15,391 nt of DNA from Nitrospirota bacterium (lineage in GTDB: Bacteria > Nitrospirota > UBA9217). Made by a program: the position numbers and the translations under genes. Positions within the stretch are counted from its first letter, which is position 1, and every line of letters begins with the position of its first letter. Under the pieces are notes generated by a model. That model did no database searches and was not told the DNA's origin. It worked only from the letters and a program-made list of their open reading frames with translations. The stretch spans positions 1 through 15,391 of the forward strand of contig JAOUEV010000073.1 of NCBI GenBank assembly GCA_029858565.1, in the 5' to 3' direction. Shown piece after piece: positions 6,970 to 15,391 of this stretch.

Positions 6970-9401
6970 TGTCGCACCTTCGCACGCAGGGAATTGCCCA
7001 CCACGCTCAGGGAGCTGAGCGCCATTGCGGCCGCGGCGACAATGGGATGCAGAATGCCCATGACCGCCAGCGGGATAGTGACGACATTGTAAAAGAACGC
7101 CCAGAACAGGTTCTGCTTGATCACGTTGTAGGTCCTTTTCGCAAGACGGACTGCAAGGGAGACCAGCCGTAGGTCGCTGCGCATAAGCACCATGTCCGCG
7201 CTTTCGAGAGCTATGTCGGTCGCCCTTCCCATGGCGATACCCACTTCAGCCTCGACCAAAGCGGGAGCGTCGTTGATGCCGTCTCCGACCATGGCGCAGG
7301 AGCGGCCTGCGTCACGGAATGCTTTCAGGTCCGCGGCTTTCTCCAAAGGCGTGCGTTTTGCCTTGACCTGTCCGATGCCCACGGCGTGAGCAATCGCGTC
7401 CGCTGTTGCCTGAGCATCGCCGGTGATCATTACCGCGTCCAGGCCGTCTCGCGCAAGCATCTCCATGGCCTCCCGCGCCTCGGAGCGCGGCACGTCGGAA
7501 ACGGCGAAAATGCCCGCCAGCTTCCCATTACAGGACAAATATACCACAGTTGCACCCGCTGTTTCCCTGTTCAGCGCATCCCTGGTCAATTCGTCATCCA
7601 TATCTGAACCCGTAGTTGCCGGAAGAGCGAATTCCCTGTTCCCGACGACCAGCTGTTTGCCGTCGATCGTTCCCTGAATGCCCTTTCCCGGCACCGCCGA
7701 GAACCCGGCGGCCTCCTCAAGATCAATCCCCCGAACCGCATCCACGATCGCCTTGCCCAGGGAATGTTCAGAATACCGTTCCAGCGACGCGGCAAGGGCA
7801 AGCGCTTTACTGTCGGTCATTCCGATCCCCCGGTAATGGACCAGCGCAGGCTTTCCCAGGGTGATCGTGCCGGTCTTGTCGAACACCACGAGATCGATCT
7901 TCCTCGCTCGTTCGATCACATCCCCGCCCTTGATCAGCACGCCTTTTGACGCGCCATAGCTCGTGCCGATGAGGATCGCCAGAGGTGTCGCGAGACCGAG
8001 CGCGCAGGGACAGGCGATCACCAGGACCGATACCGCATTCATCACCGCGACGGACGCGCCCGCTCCGGTCAGCCACCAGTAGGTTGCGGTGCAGAAACTG
8101 ATCAGGAGCACCAGCGGTACGAATATCCCGACGACCTTGTCCGCAAAGGCCTGCACCGGCGCGCGACGGGCCTGCGCGTCCTCCACCGCCTTGATGATCC
8201 GCGCAAGGACTGTTTCGTTCCCGATCCTGGTCACTTCGTAGATAAAAGCGCCATAGAGATTGACCGTGCCGCCGAAGACCTCCGCTCCGGCTGTCTTTGA
8301 CACGGGATGGGACTCGCCGGTCAGCATGGATTCGTCCGCTTCCGATGCTCCGTGCCGCACAATGCCGTCGAGCGGAACTTTCTCTCCCGGCAGCACCTCG
8401 ATCAGGTCTCCCGGCCGCATTGCAGACACGAGGGTCATCACCCGTTCTGCGTCGTGATATCCGGCCTCCCCTGTTATCCCGGCAACGACCTTCCGCGCTT
8501 CCCGCGGCGCCAGCGAAAGGAGCCTCGTCAGCGCTTCCGAAGCTTTGCGCTTTGCGCCTGCCTCGATGAACCTGCCGAGCAGGATGAGCGTGATGATCAT
8601 TGCCGAGGTGTCAAAATAGACCTCGCCGCCCGCGAACATCTGATAAATGCTGTAAACATAGGCCGATCCCGCGCCGGCGATGATCAGAACGTCCATGTTA
8701 AAGGTGAAGTGGCGGATGCCGCGCAGCGCGCCCTTGAGAAAGGGCCAGCCTGCATAGAAGAGTACCGGAGTGGTGAGCGCCAGGGATATCCAGTGGAACA
8801 GGTCCTTAAGACCGGCCTCGATGCCCTGGAAATATCCCGCGTAGAGCGCGGCAGAGTAGATCATCTGCTGCATGGAGAAGAACGACGCGGTGCCGAAGCG
8901 GATCAGCAGGTCCCGGGAAGCCTTTTTCTGTTCTTCCTCGAAGGCTCCGGCAACGAAGGGTTTGGGCGTGTACCCGATGGAGGTGATGCGGTGGAGGACC
9001 GCGTCGAGCCCGGTCTTCCGGGGATCCCAGCGGATCCGTGCCCGGTGGGTGGCGTAATTCACCTGGGCGAATGTCACGCCCCCGGTCTTCTGGAGCACCC
9101 GCTCGTTCAACCAGACGCAGGAAGCGCAGCGGATGCCGTCCAGTATGATATCGACCTCGATATCGTCGCCCGCGGGCCTCAGAGATCCCGAGAACGCGGC
9201 GCTGTCGATCGCGACTTTCGCCGCCGGCCCCGGCACCCAGTCTTTGCGCCGTTTGTAGAAATCGTCAAGGCCCTCGTCGTTGATCAGGCGGTAAACGCCC
9301 TGGCAGCCGTGGCAGCAGAAGACCTTCTCCTCGCCCTTGACCTCATCATGCACCGCCTCGCGCTCGGGGAACTCGATCAGGCAGTGATCACATCTCGGCA
9401 T
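6966..9401 (-). CDS. ccoI: Cu-translocating P1B-type ATPase, CcoI/FixI type
   Basis: N-terminal CDHC...FCCHGC, HMA CASC, TGES, CPCALGLATP, DKTGT, GDGINDAP, YN and MALSS motifs. Start MPRCDHC at 9401; adjacent to ccoS. Confidence 0.92.
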   Translation of the reverse strand: MPRCDHCLIEFPEREAVHDEVKGEEKVFCCHGCQGVYRLINDEGLDDFYKRRKDWVPGPAAKVAIDSAAFSGSLRPAGDDIEVDIILDGIRCASCVWLNERVLQKTGGVTFAQVNYATHRARIRWDPRKTGLDAVLHRITSIGYTPKPFVAGAFEEEQKKASRDLLIRFGTASFFSMQQMIYSAALYAGYFQGIEAGLKDLFHWISLALTTPVLFYAGWPFLKGALRGIRHFTFNMDVLIIAGAGSAYVYSIYQMFAGGEVYFDTSAMIITLILLGRFIEAGAKRKASEALTRLLSLAPREARKVVAGITGEAGYHDAERVMTLVSAMRPGDLIEVLPGEKVPLDGIVRHGASEADESMLTGESHPVSKTAGAEVFGGTVNLYGAFIYEVTRIGNETVLARIIKAVEDAQARRAPVQAFADKVVGIFVPLVLLISFCTATYWWLTGAGASVAVMNAVSVLVIACPCALGLATPLAILIGTSYGASKGVLIKGGDVIERARKIDLVVFDKTGTITLGKPALVHYRGIGMTDSKALALAASLERYSEHSLGKAIVDAVRGIDLEEAAGFSAVPGKGIQGTIDGKQLVVGNREFALPATTGSDMDDELTRDALNRETAGATVVYLSCNGKLAGIFAVSDVPRSEAREAMEMLARDGLDAVMITGDAQATADAIAHAVGIGQVKAKRTPLEKAADLKAFRDAGRSCAMVGDGINDAPALVEAEVGIAMGRATDIALESADMVLMRSDLRLVSLAVRLAKRTYNVIKQNLFWAFFYNVVTIPLAVMGILHPIVAAAAMALSSLSVVGNSLRAKVRQ

Positions 9402-10056
9402 AGAACCTGATCCCCTTCGCAAGATAGTAAAGCCCCATGACAACGACCATGATGCCGCCGGCCCGCTGGACCGCGGCGCGCATCCGCGAGCTGAGCCACG
9501 TGACCGCGGCCCCGAAGAGCAGCAGCGCGGGGACCGTTCCGGCGCCGAATGCAAGCATGGTGACGGCGCCAGCGGCAGGGGACCCGGCGCCCGCCGCCGC
9601 GATGAAGACCGTATAGGAAAGACCGCAGGGCAGCAGTCCCATGAGAAGGCCCAGGGGAAGGAAACGGGCCCGGGAGCCGAGCGAAAGCACGCGGCTCGCC
9701 GCGCTCAGCACGGCGTTGTTGTGGCGTTCGATCCACTTCGTGCTTCCGAAAAGGCCTGCGATACTGAGCCCCATGACCGTCATGACCAGCCCGGCAAGGA
9801 CCAGGACGACCTGCTGGATGCCCATCATCCTGCCGGCGACGTTCACAAAGGAGCCCGCAAGGCCCATGAGCCCGCCGATCACCGCGTACGTGATGATGCG
9901 CCCTGCATGATATAGGAGTTGAGGAAAGAAGCCCGGTCCGGGATCGGATGCGGTGCGAAGCGCGGTCATGGCAACGATCGGGCCGCACATGCCGATGCAG
10001 TGGCCGAATCCTCCTGCCAAGCCAGTGGTGAACGCAAGGAAGAAGCCCGCCTCCAT
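9388..10056 (-). CDS. DsbD_2 / TauE-SafE-like membrane protein of cbb3 assembly clusters
   Basis: GHCIGMCG, YHAGRIITY, GLLPCGLSY and FGAGTVP motifs. Start at 10056 in a TGATG overlap. Confidence 0.88.
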   Translation of the reverse strand: MEAGFFLAFTTGLAGGFGHCIGMCGPIVAMTALRTASDPGPGFFPQLLYHAGRIITYAVIGGLMGLAGSFVNVAGRMMGIQQVVLVLAGLVMTVMGLSIAGLFGSTKWIERHNNAVLSAASRVLSLGSRARFLPLGLLMGLLPCGLSYTVFIAAAGAGSPAAGAVTMLAFGAGTVPALLLFGAAVTWLSSRMRAAVQRAGGIMVVVMGLYYLAKGIRFYAEM

Positions 10057-10535
10057 CACTCCACCTCGAACAGGAACGGGACCGACACCGTCCTTCCTGC
10101 CCGCCGTATGTCGATGGTCGCCCTCCAGAGCTTCTCGCCGCTGGGGCACCGCACAATCACGCCCATCCCCTCGTATCTGCCGGCCGAACGGGATTTCAGG
10201 ATGATGGTGTTCCTTCCCATTACCATGCCCGGCATGGTCAGGTCCACGGAGACCGCGGCATCCACCGGCGCCTGCGCCGTGGTCAGCAGCGAAACGGTGA
10301 AGGAGAGCTCCCGCATGGTCATGACCGGCCGGGGGGTGATATCCAGCGACACGATGAGATTCTGCACAGCCGTCCGGCAGGGACCGTCATTGATCCGGCA
10401 CCAGGCAACAGCATTGTCATCAACAGCGGGAGCGGAAGCGCGAAGCAGCATCAACAGGACGAACAGGGCCGCCAGAGGCAGGCGATACAGCCTCCCGGAG
10501 TTCGATCGGGTAGCGCGGTCCGTTGCAGGAAGCAT
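10056..10535 (-). CDS. YtkA/FixH-like periplasmic protein
   Basis: N-terminal hydrophobic segment with DLTMPGM...GRYEG...C...W motif. Translationally coupled within the cco accessory cluster. Confidence 0.65.
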   Translation of the reverse strand: MLPATDRATRSNSGRLYRLPLAALFVLLMLLRASAPAVDDNAVAWCRINDGPCRTAVQNLIVSLDITPRPVMTMRELSFTVSLLTTAQAPVDAAVSVDLTMPGMVMGRNTIILKSRSAGRYEGMGVIVRCPSGEKLWRATIDIRRAGRTVSVPFLFEVE

Positions 10536-10537
10536 GA

Positions 10538-10705
10538 TCAGCGGGAGGCCTCGTGGTCGTCATCGTCCAGCATGCGGTATTTCGGAAGCTCAACCCTGTC
10601 GGCATCTTCCTTCCGCTTCGGCCAGTAGTAGTGGATGATGATCACGACGAGCGTAATGGACAGAACGGCCGTGAAGGCGAATTTCAGCCAGGCATTCAAA
10701 AGCAT
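10538..10705 (-). CDS. ccoQ: CcoQ-like cbb3 oxidase small subunit (55 aa; not in ORF track)
   Basis: Hand translation MLLNAWLKFAFTAVLSITLVVIIIHYYWPKRKEDADRVELPKYRMLDDDDHEASR. Single TM helix followed by YY..KRK...E.PKY.ML.DD. GGAGG RBS 5 nt upstream. Confidence 0.75.
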   Translation of the reverse strand: MLLNAWLKFAFTAVLSITLVVIIIHYYWPKRKEDADRVELPKYRMLDDDDHEASR

Positions 10706-10874
10706 GTCATCCTCCCTCGCGTCTGCATCGGCAGACCATGGTCTTTGTGTTTATTTTACCACGTCCGGTACGCACCTCGCTACGTTCGTTCGTCAGGCAC
10801 CCCGTCCGGAGGAGCTTCCTGTCCAGAGCCGCAGCCTTTGGTCCCGTCTGTGGCCCCTCAAGCGGCACGCGGTG

Positions 10875-11960
10875 TCAATGAGACGAGCGCCCCTCATCAG
10901 TCCCGCCGGCCACCGGAGCCGCGGACGACGCTGATGCGGCGATATCGAGGATCGCCACGCCGTCCAGGTACTCCTTCGTCCGATACTCCGTCAGCTGCAG
11001 CAGCTTTTCGATACAACTGTTCATGCGCAGACACTGGTCCCTGATGGTCTCGATATCCTCCCTGGCCACCGGCTCCTGCAGCCTGACGCTGTCCGCCAGC
11101 ATCTCGAGCCGGCAGTGGACCACCGTCATCGGCTGACGCATCTCGTGGGCCACGGCGCCCGCGAGCTCCATGGCAGCCGACAGTTTATGCTGAAGGATGC
11201 TCCTGCGCATCTCCGCGGTAAGCCGTTTCGAGAGCAGCCACGCCACGACCGCGGTTGACAGCAAACCGATCACTCCGATGATCGCCAGGGAAATGAGAGA
11301 ACCCCGTGTGTGGGCATCCCGGATCGCGTCATACTTTCCCCGGGGGATCCGTATGCTGATCCCTCCCTTGACATCGCCGACCTGATACCCCTGCTGTCCA
11401 TGGCATCTCAGGCAAGGCCGCTCGATCCGCAGCGGGATGACGGCCCGGTAGACCGGACCACCTGCCTCCTCGAATGTCCCGTCGGATTCCGTTCCCTCGC
11501 TCCCCGAGAGCACCCCAAGGACGTGCGTTTCCCATTCGTCCGGCGCGTTGGCGGGATTCAAGGGATGTCGCCCGATGATCCGGAACGAGGCGCCCGACCG
11601 CTGGCGGGAAATGGCCGACAGCTGCCGGCTCATATACGCGGGATTGATCTTGGTGTACCGTTTCCCGTCAACAGTCACGATGTCCCGATCGGGATCTGCC
11701 AGGTAGGGATTGGGCGGGACCTCGGGCGTGACCGCCGCATAGAGCCCTCCGTGCGATGCATTCCACAACCGCGCGACGGAGATCTGCTCATAGATGGCGC
11801 GGGATGTCTCGCGAAGAACGCTCAGTTCCGCTTCCTCGGAACGGCGCGCCTCGCGCAGCGACAGGAACGTCAGCAGGCCGGCTACAATGACCAGGAACGG
11901 CGCCAGGAGGAACAGGAATGCATGCTGCCCCTTTGCGGACGTCAGCATACGGTCGACCAT
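10875..11960 (-). CDS. DUF3365 (Tll0287-like) c-heme sensor with HisKA phospho-acceptor domain but no ATPase domain
   Basis: TM - NPAYMSRQ...PLNPANAPDEWE...CLRCH...GDVKGGISI - TM - H-box AHEMRQPM. Stops without N/G1/G2 boxes. Start is uncertain (12002, 11960 or 11948; 11960 has an AAGGG RBS). Confidence 0.82.
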   Translation of the reverse strand: MVDRMLTSAKGQHAFLFLLAPFLVIVAGLLTFLSLREARRSEEAELSVLRETSRAIYEQISVARLWNASHGGLYAAVTPEVPPNPYLADPDRDIVTVDGKRYTKINPAYMSRQLSAISRQRSGASFRIIGRHPLNPANAPDEWETHVLGVLSGSEGTESDGTFEEAGGPVYRAVIPLRIERPCLRCHGQQGYQVGDVKGGISIRIPRGKYDAIRDAHTRGSLISLAIIGVIGLLSTAVVAWLLSKRLTAEMRRSILQHKLSAAMELAGAVAHEMRQPMTVVHCRLEMLADSVRLQEPVAREDIETIRDQCLRMNSCIEKLLQLTEYRTKEYLDGVAILDIAASASSAAPVAGGTDEGRSSH

Positions 11961-12116
11961 GGATGCCCTTGCCGATGTGGCGCTGTTCACCTGCCTGCTC
12001 ATGGCCGCGGAGCGGGCGGTGAGACCGCCCTGCCCTCCCGTGCCTGTGCATGCAGCGCTCCGAGCATTTCCTGCGTCGCACGGCTATATTGGATTATTAC
12101 TATCCTTATTAGCGGC

Positions 12117-12145
12117 ATAATACTCGTTCCTGCCGGTCGCGTCAA
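12117..12145 (-). promoter_or_regulatory. sigma70-type promoter upstream of the heme/HisKA sensor
   Basis: TTGACG-17 bp-TATTAT on the minus strand, in an intergenic region. Confidence 0.65.
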
Positions 12146-12299
12146 GCAATTCCGCCTGCGCGCAGCAGGGAGCCGTCTGCAGGCCAGGGCATATCGCGGC
12201 CGGTCAGCGGGCGCGAGAGCGAAATGACGGAACCTCATAGGGCAGGCGCGCCGCTGGCTGCCGCGATCTTTCTTCAACGGCGCTCCGGTGGGCGGGTTA

Positions 12300-13211
12300 T
12301 CAGTGCTTCTTGAGCGCGTCCAAAGCGTTCTTGGCGCTCATCCGCACAGTATCCATCCCCTCATACAGCCTATCGATCTCGTCATCGGTGTTCCGGCGGT
12401 ATTCCCGGGACAGGTCCATGTCCAGATTCCCCACGGCCATTTTCTGCGCCAGCATCGTCATCCTGCCGATCCTGTTCATGATCAGACGCCTGAACAGAAT
12501 GAAGCTGACCAGGAGCACGGCGGAGATCAGCGCGAGCAACGCTATCGTTGCGGCCGGGGAAAGCGAGAGGAGCGGCGGGGCGGGAAGGCTCACGGTTATG
12601 ATCCCCCGGATATCCCCTTCACGGTAGCCAAAACCGCGCCCCACGCCGTACTTGTCCACCACTTCCCGGGGCGCGTCTTTGGGCGAGCCGTGGCATCGCA
12701 GACAGGGTTTGGCAACCATAACCGGGATGGCAAACCGGTAGGTCGATCCCTCGTAGACTTCCTGAAAGTCCTTCCGTTCGCTCTCCGGACGGAGGAGATC
12801 AAGCTTGAAGGCATGGATCGCAGCGGATTCGAAGGCATCCGGACTGTTCTTCGCGTTCCGGTAATTATCGCTTGTCACACGGAAGCTTGCATGAGACCCT
12901 GTCCGTGCTACGATCTGTGACAGTTCCCGGGTAGCCAGGGCCGGGTTCTTTGAATAGAACGTCCTGCCGCCCGTACCCGTCTGTCCCAGGTAATCGGCCA
13001 TGTCCGGCTGCAGCGCATCCACCCACACGACACCGGCCCCAGCGACCCAGCTGCGAAACGCGATGACCTGCTCCGCGACAGCGCGAGCCGTGTTCCGGAG
13101 CATGGTCTCCCGCAGGCTCCACATTGCGATGGCGCCCGCCGCCATGGTCATGCCGATAACGATCAGGATGATCGCGATGAACTTCACGTTCAGAGATCTT
13201 GCTCGAAGCAT
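12300..13211 (-). CDS. DUF3365 (Tll0287-like) c-heme sensor with HAMP domain and no output domain
   Basis: AAGGAG RBS before ATG 13211. TM - KNPALATRELS...NSPDAFE...CLRCHG...GDIRGII - TM - HAMP (...GNLD...DEIDRL), then stop. Confidence 0.85.
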   Translation of the reverse strand: MLRARSLNVKFIAIILIVIGMTMAAGAIAMWSLRETMLRNTARAVAEQVIAFRSWVAGAGVVWVDALQPDMADYLGQTGTGGRTFYSKNPALATRELSQIVARTGSHASFRVTSDNYRNAKNSPDAFESAAIHAFKLDLLRPESERKDFQEVYEGSTYRFAIPVMVAKPCLRCHGSPKDAPREVVDKYGVGRGFGYREGDIRGIITVSLPAPPLLSLSPAATIALLALISAVLLVSFILFRRLIMNRIGRMTMLAQKMAVGNLDMDLSREYRRNTDDEIDRLYEGMDTVRMSAKNALDALKKH

Positions 13212-13266
13212 ACGAGGGTCTCCTTCTTTGGTCCGCGTGCCGTGCTCCCCGGAGAGAGCAACGATG

Positions 13267-14286
13267 CTAGCCGCCGATCTGCGACAGGGATACCAGGGAG
13301 GGCGCCGTCGTACCCAGCCGTTCGATGAAATGTCCTGCAGGTTTGGAACGAACAGCCTGCTCGATGAGGTCCGCGAGGTCCCGGTCGGCCGACCGCCGGC
13401 GCAGGTGCGGCCGCACATCGATGATCTGGTCCGAGAAAAGGCAGGGCCGGAGCTTGCCGTCGGCGCTGAGCCGAAGGCGGTTGCAGGACCCGCAGAAATG
13501 GTCGCTCACAGGGCTGATGAACCCGATCACGCCGCGCGCGCCGCTCAGGCGGTAGTTCCGCGACGGACCGCCTCCGCGGAACAGAAGCGGCGTCAGCCTC
13601 CCCAGGGACGCCACCTGCGCCCGCACCTCGCCGCTCGTGACGCAGTCGGTCCTTCTCCAGGCATTCCCCCCTGTCGGCATGAACTCGATGAACCGTATAT
13701 GGAAGTCACGCTCATAGGTCAGCCGGGCGAAGTCCCTGACCTCATCATCGTTGATGCCCCGCAGGGGGACCATGTTGATCTTGAGCGGAGCAAGTCCTGC
13801 TTCCACGGCGGCCTCGATCCCGCGCCAGACAGTGTCAAGCGCGCCTCCCCGCGTGATGTTCCGGTAGCGCTCCGGATCCATCGTGTCGAGGCTCACATTC
13901 ACCCGGTCCAGGCCCGCATGTTTCAACTGCTCTGCCATCCCTTCCAGCAGCAGGCCGTTCGTGGTGATGCTGAGGTCGCGGATGCCGACATCCTGCTTCA
14001 GAGCGCGTATCAGGGACAGGATGTCCCCCCGCACCAGCGGCTCGCCGCCGGTGATCCGCACCTTCCGGAGCCCGTACCGGTAGGCGATCTGCACGAACCG
14101 TACGATCTCCGTCGTGGAGAGCACCTCATGCTTCTCCATGCAGTTCACGCCCGCAGCAGGCATGCAGTAGACGCACTTGAGGTTGCATCGATCGGTAACG
14201 GAAATACGGAGATAATCGATCCTGCGGAGCGTCCCCTCCCCGGGGACCGGAAGGACGGCCGGCATGCTGCTCCTCGTGCACCCCAT
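13267..14286 (-). CDS. moaA: GTP 3',8-cyclase MoaA (radical SAM)
   Basis: YLRISVTDRCNLKCVYC, TGGEPL, FCGSCNRLR...PCL and C-terminal IGG. GAGGAGG RBS. Confidence 0.96.
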   Translation of the reverse strand: MGCTRSSMPAVLPVPGEGTLRRIDYLRISVTDRCNLKCVYCMPAAGVNCMEKHEVLSTTEIVRFVQIAYRYGLRKVRITGGEPLVRGDILSLIRALKQDVGIRDLSITTNGLLLEGMAEQLKHAGLDRVNVSLDTMDPERYRNITRGGALDTVWRGIEAAVEAGLAPLKINMVPLRGINDDEVRDFARLTYERDFHIRFIEFMPTGGNAWRRTDCVTSGEVRAQVASLGRLTPLLFRGGGPSRNYRLSGARGVIGFISPVSDHFCGSCNRLRLSADGKLRPCLFSDQIIDVRPHLRRRSADRDLADLIEQAVRSKPAGHFIERLGTTAPSLVSLSQIGG

Positions 14287-14299
14287 CTCACCCTCCTCG

Positions 14300-15391
14300 C
14301 TATTTCCCGAACGGACAGACCGGATACCGGCACTCCGGGCAGCCGAGGCACAGTCCGCCGTGCCCCGGCTCCGCGAGCTCCCGCCGTCCGATCCGCTCGC
14401 CGGCCAGAACCCGCGGCAGGATCAGGTCGAACACCGTGGTCTTGTGATACATGCCGCAGGCGGGAATGCCGAGGATCGGGACGAGCGAAGGGTGACGAGT
14501 GACGAGTGCCTCCTCGTTGCTTCTTGTCTCCTGTCCCTCGTCTCTTGTCTCAAGATACGCTACCAGCACCATCGCTCCCGGCAGGACCGCGGACCCGTAG
14601 ACCGCGTCCCGCGCCCCGAGATCCCTGATCGCGAACCGGGTCACATCATCGGGATCCACGGACATGCCTCCGGTGGTGATGAGCAGGTCGGCGCCCGCGG
14701 CCAGGAGCTCCCGCAAACGGTCCTCGATATATTGCTTGTCGTCAGGCGCATAGTAAACGCCGACGATCTCGCCATGGTATTCCTCGATCTTCCTCGTGAT
14801 CACCGGCGCAAAAGCGTCCTTGATCCTTCCGTGGTAGACCTCATTGCCCGTGATCACGATGCCGGCGCGCGGCTTCCGGAGCTCCTTTATTTCTATTACT
14901 CCGGTTGATCGCGATGACGTTTGCTGTTCCGGAAGTTTCTCCGTGTCCCCCTGTCCCCGCGTCCCCGTGTCGGCTTTTACGCATTTCGCGATTCTCACCG
15001 CTTCCTCGACGATATTCTTCTTGATCACCAGCGGGATTGCGCGCGTCCCGGCGACGATCTGGTCCTTCCTCACGATGCTGTTGCCGTGCATCGAGGCGCA
15101 CATGACTTCGCCCAGCATATTGAACTGCAGGAGCGCCTCACGATCGATCCGGAGCAGTCCGTCGCGGTCAGCGACGATGTTGATCTTCCCTTCCTTCGGC
15201 TCCCCCTGGATGCGGACCCCCTCTCCCATGAGCGCCCGCGCCAGCGCAAGGGCGGCGTCGTCCTCGTGCAGCTCGTCATCGGCGATCCTGACCAGGGAAA
15301 GATGCTCCTTGCCCAGGCGACGCAGATGGTCGACATCCTCCGGCCGGACGACATGCCCCTTCCTGAACGCCCTCCCCTTGAAGTCGCCGGG
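14300..15391 (-). CDS. MoeA-like molybdopterin-binding protein (5' end outside the window)
   Basis: Frame stays open to the window edge (PGDFKGRAFRKGHV...LHEDDAA). TGNEVYHGRIKD, TGGMSVDPDD and LPGAM motifs, and a C-terminal GGLCLGCPECRYPVCPFGK Cys cluster. Confidence 0.9.
   Translation of the reverse strand, partial: PGDFKGRAFRKGHVVRPEDVDHLRRLGKEHLSLVRIADDELHEDDAALALARALMGEGVRIQGEPKEGKINIVADRDGLLRIDREALLQFNMLGEVMCASMHGNSIVRKDQIVAGTRAIPLVIKKNIVEEAVRIAKCVKADTGTRGQGDTEKLPEQQTSSRSTGVIEIKELRKPRAGIVITGNEVYHGRIKDAFAPVITRKIEEYHGEIVGVYYAPDDKQYIEDRLRELLAAGADLLITTGGMSVDPDDVTRFAIRDLGARDAVYGSAVLPGAMVLVAYLETRDEGQETRSNEEALVTRHPSLVPILGIPACGMYHKTTVFDLILPRVLAGERIGRRELAEPGHGGLCLGCPECRYPVCPFGK
14480..14549. repeat. 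Intragenic palindromic element: 4 x 7-mer facing 4 x inverted 7-mer
   Basis: gacgagc gaagggt gacgagt gacgagt (14480-14507) faces tcttgtc tcctgtc cctcgtc tcttgtc (14522-14549). Confidence 0.85.
14939..14970. repeat. Intragenic tandem 4 x 8-mer (consensus CCCCGTGT)
   Basis: ctccgtgt ccccctgt ccccgcgt ccccgtgt; encodes DTGTRGQGDTE. Confidence 0.85.

Noticed and set aside
14225-14286. Atypical MoaA N-terminus lacking the usual LxDxFGR
   Set aside because: There is a strong RBS and all catalytic motifs are intact, so this is probably ordinary terminal divergence rather than a pseudogene.
3754-14908. Long plus-strand ORFs (3754-4614, 8307-9410, 9919-10638, 11310-12227, 12288-12920, 13000-14502, 14264-14908) and alternative-frame minus ORFs such as 9377-10156
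   Set aside because: They are shadows of well-supported GC-rich minus-strand genes and have no recognisable motifs.

Overview
All credible genes in this window lie on the minus strand. In transcription order (right to left): a partial MoeA-like molybdopterin-binding protein, moaA, two membrane-anchored DUF3365/Tll0287-like c-type heme (CLRCH) sensors that lack normal output domains, a cbb3-oxidase accessory cluster (ccoQ-like, YtkA/FixH-like, DsbD_2/TauE-like, ccoI, ccoS) without ccoNOP, an ODP/FprA-like di-iron MBL protein, a NodI/NodJ-like ABC-2 exporter, a nitroreductase, an AT-rich integron-type array of three cassettes, a DUF3047 protein and the start of an NCS2/AzgA permease. The cassette array has three 57-59 bp attC sites and a candidate attI but no integrase in the window. 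Five short tandem-repeat elements with 7-9 nt units also occur: three intergenic palindromes and two elements inserted in frame in the MoeA-like gene. Three real genes missing from the ORF track (ccoS, ccoQ-like, partial permease) were translated by hand. Family calls come from motif recognition, not database searches.
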